Notes: generated by a model from the letters alone, not told the origin. 64,000 nucleotides of DNA from Epiperipatus broadwayi (GCA_028023455.1 JAQFVV010000007.1:12152001-12216000), one strand, 5' to 3'; numbered from the stretch's first letter, positions 12,613 to 25,767 are shown. A program made the numbers and translations.

Positions 12613-13353
12613 AGGCTTGTACTGGGTGGCAATATTGTAGATTTGCTATTGTTATAATCATAAACATTGTAAATACTTTTTAAAATGTTATATCATTTAA
12701 CATTATTACACTCAAATAATAATGGGCAGTTATCTACCTCAAATCCAGTGTCGATTGCTTTTTCTTACTCTATAACTATTAATGGATATAATACAATTCT
12801 TTCCTAGAAACTAATAAAAATGGTGTTCATGCAATGTCTTGCTTAATTTTAATGATGTAAGTACTTACATTTTCCTTTAATTGGCTTTAGTCCTCAATAG
12901 ATAATATCATTAAACACTGGTTGTGCTTTTTCTATAATGCTTTAAAATTGTTTTATTTTTAGTTCTTTAAAAAGGAACATAAATGAGATTTGTGTGGATG
13001 GATTTATTTTACTCTGACTATTATCTCTGGCACAATTTTAAAAAAAATATTTAGTTATTAACATCATGCAATCTATCTCAATCATAAAATAACTGTTTAT
13101 AGATCTTCCACATTAACCCCTCCTTATTTGTTATTCATTATATCAATTTTATGGCAATGTTTTCATTTTAAATATATAAAGTATAAGCAAAACCAGTTTG
13201 TTTAAACTGAGATTCATTGAACTTGATCTTTTCTGACTAAGTAATTATTAAAATAAAATTGGTTTATTATATCATCCGTTCTAGATATTAATCTCATGGA
13301 TGTTTAGAATATATATGTATTTTAAGTTCATATTATGATATATATATATATAT

Positions 13354-13805
13354 AACATACGCTTGACCGGTGTTTTTGGTAGAACGCCATCTGTGGACAT
13401 AAATACAAGCGTTAGCAAGTTTTTTAACTTGCATTTTTGTTTATCATAAATGTACCTTTGAGGTCTTTCTTCAATGATATAGATTGCAGAGGCCTCTACT
13501 ATGTGGTGATGCTGAACTGAGATCAGACCCATATAGCTATCTGGTTTGCTATGCTGAGTTTGAAGACATTACGTGTCTAAAAAATTCACGCTTGCAAGCT
13601 GAATAGAAATTGTTTCATAAACGCTCAGAGTTTGTATTTAGATCTAGTTTCTTTATTCCTGTCTTTCACTGATGATAGCAAATAGCTTGAAATCATGATC
13701 TGAAAGTGGAATTATAGTTAGAGATAGTGAATGCTACTCTGACGTTTATGTAAACAAAACATACGCTTGACCGGTGTTTTTGGTAGAACGCCATCTGTGG
13801 ACATA
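13354..13805 (+). mobile_element. Young retrozyme/Penelope pLTR-like element (family C): 404-bp unit plus 48-bp terminal redundancy
   Basis: Identical 48-mers at 13354-13401 and 13758-13805, (TA)n on both sides, CpGs intact, HHR inside, no ORF. Confidence 0.8.
13663..13706 (+). ncRNA. Minimal type I hammerhead ribozyme
   Basis: ctttca-CTGATGA-t-agc-aaata-gct-t-GAAA-tcatga-TC-tgaaag. Stem I is ctttca/tgaaag, extended by attcc/ggaat. Stem III is the palindrome ATCATGAT. Predicted cleavage after C13700. Confidence 0.85.
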
Positions 13806-14721
13806 TATATATATATATTAAATCTTATACTTTATTCAGTCTATTTTCTAAATAAATGACATATATTAGAGCAATTAAATAAAATTAATTTTCACTTCCT
13901 ATTTTAAACTTTTCCAGTTAATGAAGCCATTCGGTTTAGTGCAATCATTAATGTGCACTTCTGACCAAAGTAGAATGCAAAATGTGTTTATCTGCATGAA
14001 TAGTTAATTAAATGCAGAAATGAAGAAGGATTATTTTTTGCTTTGAAATCTATAAAACTTTAAAAAATATTTCATACTACAGTATCTTCATTTCAAACAC
14101 CTTTATTCACCGAACAAGATACAATATCAAGAATACAACAAAGGCAATTACAGTTAGGAACTTACATAACGTGTTCCATAGTTTGAGATAATATATTAAA
14201 ATAAATTTAAAAACAGATACATGGGGTTTATATAATCAACCATTACATATTGTTATTTTGATTCAAAATAATAGTAGCATTAGATTTATATGATCTATCA
14301 GATACATATAAAACACAAACACAATTTACAATAAATAAATTAAATATAAACAATATAAAGAAAAATCACTTAGACAGATTAGTTATTTAGTTGGAAATAA
14401 AAAAATAAAAATAAGTGAGCAACAAATATTTTTTAGTGCTAGTGAATTAAGTGATCTGTATTATAGTTGTTGATAGTTTTCCAAATTTTGATTCAAAAGT
14501 ATATAGCTGAAAATTGTCTTATCAAAATATTTCATTAGTATCAATGCCTTTTAATAAATTTTATTAAGCGTAATTACTATGTTTGGATTCACAACAATTA
14601 AACAATGCTGATTATAACTAAGAATATGAATCAATGAACATATAATGAAAAAAAAAAAACTTTCAGAACATAGTATGTTGGAATTATATTTAATTACTAA
14701 ATCATTGTTATTCTTAATATC

Positions 14722-14760
<39 letters not shown>

Positions 14761-14916
14761 TATAAAAAAAAAATTAATAAACAATCATATATAATGACAT
14801 TACTTTTATACTTTAATTACAAAAATGCACATAGAAGCTACCAATAGCTCTAACAAGCTCTAAATTAACAATGCGGTTATGAGAAATATTTAAAATCTCT
14901 ATCCAGAACACTCTTA

Positions 14917-14957
14917 TCTCCAGACCATGGTTTGGGCTTATGCCACGTCAGTGGAGA
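14917..14957 (-). ncRNA. Hammerhead ribozyme copy B1 (three bases missing, including G12)
   Basis: Minus strand reads tctcca-CTGACGT-ggcataagccc-AAA-ccatgg-TC-tggaga. The missing bases may be read errors. Confidence 0.6.
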
Positions 14958-15301
14958 GCTAGAATATTCGGACACTAGACCTAAAATATCAACTCAAAAA
15001 ACCAGCACTTATTTCAACTATATTTAAGAAGAAACTCTGAATTTTTCACATAAAATGTCTTTAAATCCAGCTATCTAACTTAAATACTATATGGACAAGA
15101 TAGATCTACCATATTCTAATAGGCATACCAAATAAAGGTAAAATTATAATAATTAATAAAGCAAGTCATATATATCTGACATTACTTTTATGAGCTTTAA
15201 TTACAAAAATGCACATAGAGAGCGTACCAATAGCTCTAACAAGCTCGTAAATTAACAAGTCGGTATAGAAATATTTAAAATCTCTATCCAGAACACTCTT
15301 A

Positions 15302-15345
15302 TCCCCAGACCATGGTTTCGGGCTTATGGCCCACGTCAGTGGAGA
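15302..15345 (-). ncRNA. Minimal type I hammerhead ribozyme copy B2 (A9U core)
   Basis: Minus strand reads tctcca-CTGACGT-gggc-cataa-gccc-GAAA-ccatgg-TC-tgggga. Confidence 0.8.
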
Positions 15346-15718
15346 GCTAGAATATTCGGACACTAGACCTAAAATATCAACTCAAAAAACCAGCACTTAT
15401 TTCAAACGTATATTTAAGAAGAAACTCTGAATTTTTCGGACATGAAAATGTCTTTAAATCCAGCTATCTAACTTAAATAGCTATATGGGACTGAAGTATA
15501 TTCAGATCTACCATATTCTAATAGGCTCAGCATAGCCAAAGCCTTAAAGGTAAAATTATAATAATTAATAAAGCAAGTCATATATAACATGACATTACTT
15601 TTATGAGCTTGTAATTACAAAAATGCACATAGAGAGCGTACCAATAGCTCTAACAAGCTCGTAAATTAACAAGTGCGGTTATGAGAAATATTTAAAATCT
15701 CTATCCAGAACACTCTTA

Positions 15719-15762
15719 TCTCCAGACCATGGTTTCGGGCTTATGGCCCACGTCAGTGGAGA
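15719..15762 (-). ncRNA. Minimal type I hammerhead ribozyme copy B3 (A9U core)
   Basis: Minus strand reads tctcca-CTGACGT-gggc-cataa-gccc-GAAA-ccatgg-TC-tggaga. Stem I is 6 bp with a further G-U-containing extension, stem II is 4 bp, and stem III is the palindrome ACCATGGT. Confidence 0.82.
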
Positions 15763-15879
15763 GCTAGAATATTCGGACACTAGACCTAAAATATGAATAT
15801 TTATATTATATACATTTAATTATCCTTAACATTTAATACAAGTTTTTAGGCATATTAAACAATAATAAAGACCAAGGTT

Positions 15880-16030
15880 AACCTCTTAGTTTGCTTAGAT
15901 CTCTCTTCAGCATTTTCAGCAGGAATTAAACTGGTTATGAGCATCAGTCCAAGACTTTTTCCTTGATTGTTTTTCATCTGCATTAAAGACTCCTCTACTT
16001 TCTCCTGTATAATTTGTCTTTTTATAGTTC
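15880..16030 (-). mobile_element. LINE pre-RT fragment
   Basis: Minus strand reads IIQEKVEESLMQMKNNQGKSLG, resembling the EEV..AL..MK..K.PG motif. Confidence 0.45.
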
Positions 16031-19000
16031 TATTGTTCTTTCAAATCTGTCATTGTTGCTATTTTTAGTGAATACTTCTTAGCAATATATTTTACTAATT
16101 TGTTCCCTATAATTTAATTGCAGTTTATCCATTTGTGCATTTTAATTAAATATTTAATTTTTCTATTTGTGTGGATTAATTAAAATACTTTGATTTTATC
16201 AATAGTAAAACTTTTAGTTTTACTATTTCTATGGATTAATTAAAATATTTTTATTTTTCAAGTTATTAACTTTGGTGAGTGTATATTTTGTCATGCCACA
16301 CACTTTCAGGATCACTATTATTCTGCACACAGCAGTAATAATATATAATTTTGAAATAGCTGCCCCATTAGTAGAAACATTCAAATAAATATAAATAAAA
16401 AGTCCATAAAAATTGGAAAATCATATAGATAATTTTATGGATTGTTGAAAATACATTGTATTATTCTTTTTAATTGAATTAAAATCATGACATTTGTGTT
16501 TATATTTTAATTTGTTGGTATAGTAATGATAAATTTAATTACATGACATGCTTATTATAAAAAGCCTTTTTTTATGAAAGGTTTTTGCACAATGTTCATT
16601 TGTGTACAAAAATTCACAAATACAAATTGCTTTTAGTAGTAAACTTTTTAAGTATGATGACCATTTAAACTTGTTAAAAACATCTTCTGTTCAACACTTT
16701 TTGCATTACATATGATCATTTGTTTTTATATCTTCTTTGCTGTATGTTTTAAAATATAAGAATATTTATTTTCTAATTTATATTTATATATTTTAAAAAT
16801 TTGTTAAAAACAAATTAAAATAAATAAAATATTAGCTTTGCAAATAAAAATAAAAATTAACAAGAAGACATAAAAAAAACAAAGCTAATGACATTTTAAT
16901 TTCCAAACTACAAACATGTTTTAATAATAAAAAAAATTGGAAAAAGTATTAAAACAGGCAAAACTCTCTATATGTATTACCACTATGGTGATCATATGAT
17001 GTTTATTGATAAAAAAATTACATTTGATTCATATTTCATTAACACACAAATTCAAGTAATGAAAAGTCTTTAAATTATCAAAATATAATGTACAATTGTT
17101 TATAATTATTAGAAAAACAACAAAAAATAATAAGAGCATTATTAATAGGTGGTATTTCCAGTGTGTTTTTATTGTATTTCAGTAAATTTTTAGCTGGCTA
17201 ATTTTTTTTTTAAAAAAATCTATCTTATTAAAATAAAATTTAAAATTAAATATCATGTACTTAATTATAAATAAGTATTTAATATTTTAGCAAAAAAAAG
17301 TAGTAAAAAAATAAAGTTTATATGCAAACCTATTTATTTTTATGATATAAAAAAGTCAGCATATATTTATATCTGCACAATGTGGGAGGCTCTATTGATT
17401 TCTTGATTTTTAATAGTTATCAATATTGGGTATTTTAGTTACAATTAATAAATTATTTAGAGTCTTTGGTAATTAAAATTTATTCTCTCAAACATTGAAA
17501 AATAGATTCTTGCTGTTAGAAGCATACATTATAAATCACAATACTTATGAACACTCATATTTAAAATCAATTTAATAGTTAGATTCTGAAAACAACACAT
17601 AAAAACTAAACATACATATTTTCAACCTTCACTGAAATCAATTTAAACTATATTAGCATCCATTGATGAATATTGTACATATAATGTTACTAATGTAGTA
17701 GTTCTGTATTTATTTATAATATGATTGCTTTAGTTTATATGAATAAATTTATAAAGTAATTTTGTTCTTATAAATTACACCAACTCAAGGCTATATTTGG
17801 TTATTATATTTAATGCCAATTTTTCAGAATGATTATGCAAATTTTCAGTGACATATTCGCTAATATGATGATACCATTTTTCAATTTCTTCACTAACATA
17901 ACAATTTTTAATTATTCTAATAATAATTTCTTAATTATTCTTGCTAACCACATGATTTTCATATCTTTGCCAATATTACATTTAAAGAAATCAAATCATC
18001 TTCTATGTTTAATTTCTGAAATTCAACTTTCCCTATCATAAATTTTTGCATGAGATACAACAGCTTAAAAAAGTTTACATCTACATTTGTAAAGATACCT
18101 TTTTATATCAGAAACTTGTGGGAAACCTTTGGAAACTTATTGTTGCATCTTTCACCAAATGTGGTTCACCAATGTGTTATATGATTTTATCTTAACTGTC
18201 TTGTTTTTGGTAAAGATAGGTGATGCTAGCATAAAAAAACTATTGATAACAGTTTAAAATCAAATATTATTTTTAACACAATATTTATCTTCTTCATATT
18301 TAACTGTATTTTTAATTTTCCATTCTTTTTTGGACCATCCTTAATAAATGCCTTTAAATTATTGCCTATTTTCAGCTACAAAATTGATATCATTATTATA
18401 TCTAAATATATTGATGTTTCTGCCTCCATACTGATTCTACAATTTATTTTGATCTGGCTGATCTCATTGTATTTTAAGAGTTATGAATAACCTTGAATCG
18501 ATTTTGCCACCACATTCTCCTACAACAGAAATTTCTACCCCTATATAAAAATTTCTTATAAAAATAATGTGATAGGCTTGTATATGCTATGCATTGATAT
18601 ATATTTATATGCTGTAGCTCTGAAAAAAACTGCTAGACAGTTGAAAGTGTAAAAAGATTTTATCAAGACAAGAATAAAATTGTTGCATTGCAAAATGTGT
18701 AGAAAGAAAAATGTATTTGTTCAAATATTATTCAAGAATTAATCAGTAAAGAAAGGAAAAAGCAAAAGAATTAAAACAATATCTAATAAAACATAATGGT
18801 TTTAATCAAGGAATGCCATGTAATCAATACTTCTAATATTCCTTTCATATTTTAAACTTTCTTTATTTTGTTTTTGACTTTGTTTTTAAACCATTTTATA
18901 TATCTGGAAGTTTTTCTTCAGTATACGGATTTAATATATGCTGAGGGATTATTGGCATAATCTTATTTATTTTTGCAATTTTTTTTATTATAATTGATCC

Positions 19001-22000
19001 ATAATTGCTGTTAGAAATGGTGATATAATACTTGTCCACTTGGAACAACAAATTCTATGAAGTCTATTATTATTACTAAAATTAATAGAATAATTTCAAC
19101 ATTTTGTATAGAGAATAATTTATAAGAACCATTATACATTCCACATTGGCCAAATATAAAAATGTAAACAATTAAAAAAATGAAACTGCAATTCTATGAA
19201 AAAATGAAATTAATCAATGGTGTTCAACACATCAACAAATATAAATAATTGATTTAAATGCAAGATCTGTATGATGAAAATAATATATTGCTAGTATAAT
19301 ACCAGTTAAAATTAGAAATAAAAAGAAAAGGATTTAAAAGTATGTATTTCATAATATGGAAATGTTTGATGGAGTCTGCAAATTAATTAGTCTGCTGTTA
19401 ATAATTTTGATTAAAGAATGATTTTTTTCATTTAGGTTTTATTATAGATTACTATATTTGGAGCCTTTTAAAGTTTAGAAATTTTTTTAAAGTTCTAAGC
19501 CTAATTTGAAGAAAACTTTTTCAAATAAAATAAATGAACTACTTCCAGTTTTTAATATCATTAGAATTAAAGAAGACCAATTTGAACCAAAAAAAATAGT
19601 TTAGTAGTTATACTTATAATTAACATTTTGAATATACTCCTGTCTTGCCTATTCCATATCAGGACAAATCACTATTGGCTAACATGATATTACTGCTTCT
19701 CACCATATTATACAAATAATATTTGCTTGTAAAGTGAGTTAAAAATGTCATTACTTGAGTCCCACCTGTTCAGCTCAATATTTTACCAATACACAATATT
19801 TTTTTACAAGTTAGGGACTGGATTCCAATAAAATCTTGATGGGGTTGAATAACTGTGGCACTGCAGATATATTTTCAAGATTTTGGGTTTTATCAATTCA
19901 TTCTTCATCTCAAATTGATTATACCACAACCATTCACACACATAGAATCTCAAACAATCTTCTGTTAATGTGCATAAACTTTATAAACAATCTGTGTCCA
20001 TCATGTGAGTGAAAGGTATCAAACAACTGATCCAATATCCATGGTGATAGCTCGGTGTATTTTTAATAGCCAATCTTTTTCAAAGTAAGGACTAGTTCCT
20101 ACCTACTATCTATTCATCCATTTTTGTTACCTTTAATGGATAGATTTATTTTATTTATATAAATTGAGTGCATTGTATTTTGATGCTTTATGTAATCATA
20201 AAAATAAATATAAAATTTATATTATTTTTAATTTTATTTTTATATTCTAGATCAGACAAAAATTTCCAGAACATTCATGCTACCCAAAATAGCCCTAGGT
20301 TATAAATAAAGAAAAAACCTTCATAAGTGAAGGTTGTTTGCAACAAAATTAGAAATGAAGTTAATAAGAAATTACTAGGATTGAAAGGACATTCACTATC
20401 AATAAGTAATGGAGAAGGCAGTCTTACATCTACTTCTATAAAACATATATATTTTATAGAAAAGTTGAGTGAAGTTTAATAAATCAATATATCAATAGAT
20501 GCTAGATTAGCAACAGCACTCCTCTGATTTGGAAGGAGGTCACTAGGTAACACTAGTGAAGATGAAACTGGTAAATAAATAATCATAAATAAGAAACAAT
20601 GCAACATATCTTTAAAGATGGCTTCCTCAGATACAGAAAGCAAGATCAAACTTCTTTGGCATTTAATTCCCTTATTTATATACAAATGTGAGCATACAAT
20701 TAATTGAATTTATGTTCTTGTTGCATAATTATAAATAAAATATAATCCCTCATGATTTTATCGAACTTACATTCAAAATCAGTATGTTTACATATGTTAT
20801 GACTCAACTTATCTTCAAACATTACACTTTCCCCAGATTCAGCAAGAATAAACAATGGATTGATGGACAGATAAAATTAATCCATGAATTGATGGGACAG
20901 ATAAACTAACCAATGATAAAAATAGCTCAATAGGTAAAAATGTTTAATGAATGCACCTATTACCATTAGTGAAAGCGATCTAAATTTAAAATAGAAATCC
21001 TTTGAAAGTCATGCCAGGCAATAATAGATTATTGACTTCTTATATTGGCTTCAAATCAGAGAGGCAAATTCATGTTGAACTGAAAGCTGCTAGATATTAA
21101 ACATGACATGAGGCAATTTACCATGATACAGGTGGAAAGGTTAGGTAAACCTAGAAGGGAGGGTACTTGAAGGCCCTTGCTTTAATTGTTGTATAGTGAC
21201 ATTATATTATTTATTGATACCATTTTGGTCTTAATAAATATGTAATTGTTTTATACGAGTTTGGGTTTGCCATGATTGCATACAAGCACTGATATATACA
21301 GTTCGTTGCAAAAGCTTTTACAATCTGTCACGTATGTACTAAATGTTTCATAAAGGGTTAAAAATGATTTAAACCAGTTACATTTGCGTTTTCTTTTAGA
21401 AAACTGGAAAACAAAACATAAAGGAAAAAAAAGGAAATGAAAATAAAAATGTTTAAGTGGTTTTAATATAAAAGAGGGGGAAAAAAATTGCAAAATAAGG
21501 TCGATAAAATCACAGTAAAAACATTTCCATTTTTATGACAATTGATTAAAAATACAATATTAAGAATTTTTATTTTTATTTTAGTTAATTAGCTTTATGA
21601 CTTGTAATCTTAATGCAAATTTTCATTCTACCATTGATTTATCAATCAATTTTAATATAATATGTATATTTTTTATGTACACTAGCTTTTATTTAACTTT
21701 TTATTGTAAAATTATTTTAAAGATTGAAATTTAAAACGTATTTTTGTAAAATGATTACAGTATTCGTATTTTAATATTAATTTCAGCACAGGATACTCAC
21801 ACATACATAATAACGGTATTACCGTGTCAATAAACATACTTCATACAATTAAAATCTTTTGAGAGTTTACTACGCGTACAAGCAACATTAATATTCATTA
21901 TATATATATGCACGTGAGTTTCAATGTCATAAAGCAGATCTTTAATAATTAAAACGAATTTATGTATAGTGATTATGGCATCGGTTATTGTAAGATTATA

Positions 22001-22888
22001 GTATCGGTTATTGTAAGATCAATTTAAGTAAAGCAAATTTATATACAAAGATTTTATCAAGGTAATTACATAACTTTTCTATAACTAACTTTGGATTTTA
22101 ATCAGCCAGAAGAACAAGATGTATTTATAAGTACTTTTAGCACAGTGGATGACATTCAAACATAGTAAGAAGTTTAAAAAAAGAACTATGAATATGAGTT
22201 GCCTTTATGCTCTAGTAGATTATGAATAGATATTTGATTATATAAGCATATCTAAAGTGATTAAAACATTGGAACCAGTATCAAAATGCAACAGCAATGA
22301 TTAATATACATAAGGATCCTAAGAAAATAGTCCAGCACTCAGTTGCCACTTATTTATTAGTCTGGCAATAAGTTTCTAATCTTGCAATCTTGGAAAATAA
22401 CATCTATACAGGAGTTTCTGGCAAACATAATCAATCAATCAATTTCAAAAACAATGACCTCTAAGGGATCATCCTCAGAAGTGAGCAGTTCCCAAATCTT
22501 AATCATTTACTTTTGTAAAAAAATACTATGCACATTTACTTTGTAAAAAGTAAAGCTGGCCAATTAATCCTGTTTAGGTGTGACTTTTGCCAGATGATTG
22601 ATTACTCATGTCAGCATCCTTTCATGACATTACAATATAGTATAAATCATAAAATGATAGGCAAAACAAACATTTTGACTAATTACTTTCTCCCCATTAG
22701 AGTATTATCTACTATTCATATACAAATTTAATTCATTTCTATTTTAGAGGATTGTAAACATGTCTCATTCAGTTTTTATATACTCATTTGTTTGTGTCAG
22801 CAACATTCATCAGTGCCAGATTAATACATACATAACAAAAATTAATATTGGAAGAATATATATGAGGATGATCCTATAACTCCAAAAC

Positions 22889-23190
22889 TTTGCATGATCA
22901 CCATTTCTTATGCTTGCTTATTACTGTTACTAAAACAGGAAAAACTCACTATATGTATTGTCACTCACTGCAAACTAGAGTAATCAATGGATGCATTAGA
23001 TTCTAAAATCTAGGTGCAGTGCTCTCAGATCCAAGGCTCCTCACTGATGAAGGCCACAAGCCAAAAACATAGTCTGGGGATATTGGATGAGTAGACACTA
23101 GATGGGGATTTTATGCACAAGCCTTCTGGCATCCACTGATTACTCTAGATTGCAGTGAGTGGCAATACATATAGTGAGTTTTGCCTGTTT
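22889..23190 (+). mobile_element. HHR element family A with inverted 5' segment and 12-bp TSD
   Basis: 22890-22996 is the reverse complement of the element's 3' part. taactccaaaac is repeated at 22877-22888 and 23191-23202. Confidence 0.85.
23038..23080 (+). ncRNA. Degenerate hammerhead ribozyme (family A)
   Basis: tcctca-CTGATGA-a-ggc-cacaa-gcc-aAAAA-catag-TC-tgggga. G12 is lost, consistent with CpG decay of ccGAAA. atccaa/ttggat extends stem I. Confidence 0.75.
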
Positions 23191-24179
23191 TAACTCCAAA
23201 ACATCCTACAACAGTTCTTAAGGATTAAAATGGAAAGTTAGGAAGTAAAAATAAATGGAGATTATCTAATCATATTTGTGTAAATAATGCATCATAGTTT
23301 CAAGAAAGGTTGTGAGAGTTATTAGATGAAAGTAAGAAAATGGGATTAAACATAAATGCTAAAAGACTCAAATAATGTTGAATGGATTTTCTCAAAAGAA
23401 GAATATTAAGATGGATAATTATGAATTAGAAAAAGTTAACTTCAAGTATTTTATTCAGATTATTAATATAGATTGAAACATAATAAATAAAATTAATTAT
23501 AAAATTAAACTTGAATGGATTGCTTTTAATGTAAATAACTTGATATTAGAAAAAATATGTGTGTTATATGTGTTTGAATAAGTAGTTTTTCAATAGATGA
23601 GTTTTAGTTCTTAGTTATGGATGAGACTTGATACTTAATAGAACAGCTGTGCAGAAATATCAAATCATTTAACAAAGTATGGAAAGATGTGCATTGATGA
23701 TAGCAAGGAAATCAACATGGGTGAGAGTAACAGGTATGACTGAAGACTTCATTGAGTTAATTAAGGGACATATATGAAGCTATTCTGGATGTATTGATAC
23801 AAGAGATGATACTAGATGGATAGTTAAAGTGTTAAATTAAATCTCAAGGGATTATAAAAGTTCTAGGAAAAGATTATATATAGGATGGATGAATGTGGGG
23901 TGGATGATGAAATAAGAAAGTTTGATAATGGGATAATCACAGAAACTGGATTAAACTTGGAGAGATCTTCTGCCTGCATGGAATGAAAAATGTTTGAAAA
24001 GGATGAAGAAACTGACTTGTATATACAAATAACAATACCAATTGTGGGATCAAAAGCAAACCTCTTTTTAGACCTTCTTTACAACTTGTATATAACATTT
24101 TTGCATATTCCCTATACATTACATTTGCATCCCAATGTCATATAAGTATTTTAAATTTATAATATAACAAAACATTGAG

Positions 24180-24848
24180 ATTAAAACAGACAAAACTTAT
24201 TATATATATTGCCACACACACCAAGCTAAAGTAATCAATGGATGCCAGAAGGCCTGTGCATAAAATCCCCATCTAGTGATTACTCATCCAATATGTCCAG
24301 ACTAATTTCTGGATTATGGCCTTAACAACAGTTATAACAAGCATAAGATGGGGTGGTCATGTGATGTTTATTGGCTTAAAACCAATCCTGCTTAATAGGA
24401 TAGTGGTGTCTATGGTTATTAAAGAACCAAAGACACCAAAATGTATGGATACTGAACTGGGTTCAGACCCATAAGACTATATAAGCTAATGGGCTTGAAT
24501 TAAAAACATTAAGGTGTTTTCAGTTTAAGACTCATAGTTTTGTAGTTAAATGGAGATAAAAGGTGGTTGCTGGAGGGTTGCATTAGATCCTAAGATCTAG
24601 GTGCAGTGCTTTCAGAGCCATGCCTCCTCACTGACAAAGGCCATAAGCCATAAACTAGTCTGGGGATGTTGTATGAGTAGGCACTAGATGGGGATTTTAT
24701 GCACAAGCCTTCTGACATCCATTGATTACTCTAGTTTGGTGTGTGTGGCAATATATATATATATATATATAGTGAGTTTTGCCTGTTCTAACAACAGTTA
24801 TACCCAAGCATAAGAGAAGGTGGTCATGTGATATTTATTGGCTTAAAA
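24180..24848 (+). mobile_element. HHR element family A: inverted 5' piece, ~467-bp unit and terminal redundancy
   Basis: 24180-24305 is the reverse complement of 24655-24790. taacaacagttata...ggcttaaaa occurs at ~24322 and ~24789. Possible TSD aaaacattga/aaaatattga. Degenerate HHR at 24625-24666 (CTGACAA-aggc-cataa-gcca-tAAA-ctag-TC-tgggga). Confidence 0.85.
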
Positions 24849-25448
24849 TATTGATTAGAATAAATTGTATTAAGTAAATAGTAATTACAAATTGTCACCA
24901 TATGCTACCAAAATAATCCTGTTGTATTATTTGGGTATAGTTTTTTACTGTCTAATTTCTCCACTAAATAATATATGGTTATTTTTGCTGACAGACATGT
25001 TATATACAAGTACTCATGGTGGAGGTTGACTACAATAATGTTATACAATCAAAGAATTTAGATTTTTTATTTTCAAAAATTGATTTAAAAATCTTTGGAT
25101 TTTGAGAACATCTTCCTACCACTACATCAAACTTTGGTATTTCTCCAACAATTTTGATACAAATAACATAATATGCTTATAGTCATTTTCGATAATATAT
25201 GGTTTTTCTTTAATAACATATATATATAATAAACCATAACTGTTAAAAAATACCTTACTACCTATATAAATTATATCACACCAATCCTTATATTTAATCA
25301 AATTATCTATCAGCAATCTATTGTCAAAGTGATAGTAATTTAAGGAGTAAATCTATTTATTGTCTAATTATAGTGTTGGCTTGATAACAAATTGTTACTA
25401 TTCTTTTGATTTGTTTAATAATGAGGCCTGGCATAATGTAATATATAT

Positions 25449-25510
25449 TTATTGTTTAAAGGAGGTTATCTTGACAACAGATTGAGATTGTTATTGATAT
25501 TGTTGAAGTG
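25449..25510 (+). repeat. Short dispersed repeat family Y
   Basis: tttattg...aaagaaggttgccttgacaacagattgagattgtt. Other copies at ~3885-3960 (+), ~57355-57425 (-), and tandem at ~57695-57845 (-). Confidence 0.75.
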
Positions 25511-25593
25511 TTGACTGATTTCCTGTACTTATATATGTTGAAGTAAATATTTTCATGAATTGTTATAATAAATAAGATATAAGGAGATTATAA

Positions 25594-25767
25594 CCATGAA
25601 AACAGAGATAACTTTTAAACTTTGATGCTTCCTAGGAAACTATAAATTACTACTAATTAACAATTATCCCAAGGCTAACCAAGTTTTCTCCATTAAACTA
25701 TCAATTATTACTAATTGATAGTTTCCTGGCAACATCAAGAGGCAAAATGTTATCTCTGTTTACATGG
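25594..25767. repeat. Fold-back element with imperfect inverted arms
   Basis: ccatgaaaacagagataac/gttatctctgtttacatgg and ttgatgcttcctaggaaactat/atagtttcctggcaacatcaa. Confidence 0.75.

Larger units (their letters stand above)
14773..15794 (-). mobile_element. Tandem retrozyme-like array (family B): ~2.5 copies of a 385-417-bp unit, one HHR per unit
   Basis: Units start at ~14773, ~15155 and ~15567. CpGs are retained, there is no credible ORF, and the array abuts (TA)n/poly-A at 14727-14772. Confidence 0.88.
22160..24000 (+). mobile_element. Decayed RTE LINE (RT to 3' end), interrupted by younger insertions
   Basis: NYEYELPLC-like start at ~22185; KINI...DDPITPK at 22835-22888, resuming after the insertion with WKV..VKINGDYL; 3' end ttggagagatcttctgcctgc at ~23960. 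Confidence 0.8.

Noticed and set aside
13385-13396. cgccatctgtgg as a CTCF site
   Set aside because: One base short of the consensus and inside the terminal repeat of a mobile unit; no functional support.
14773-15794. G/C indel differences as evidence of insertion-type RNA editing
   Set aside because: Read error explains them far more simply, and this is genomic sequence.
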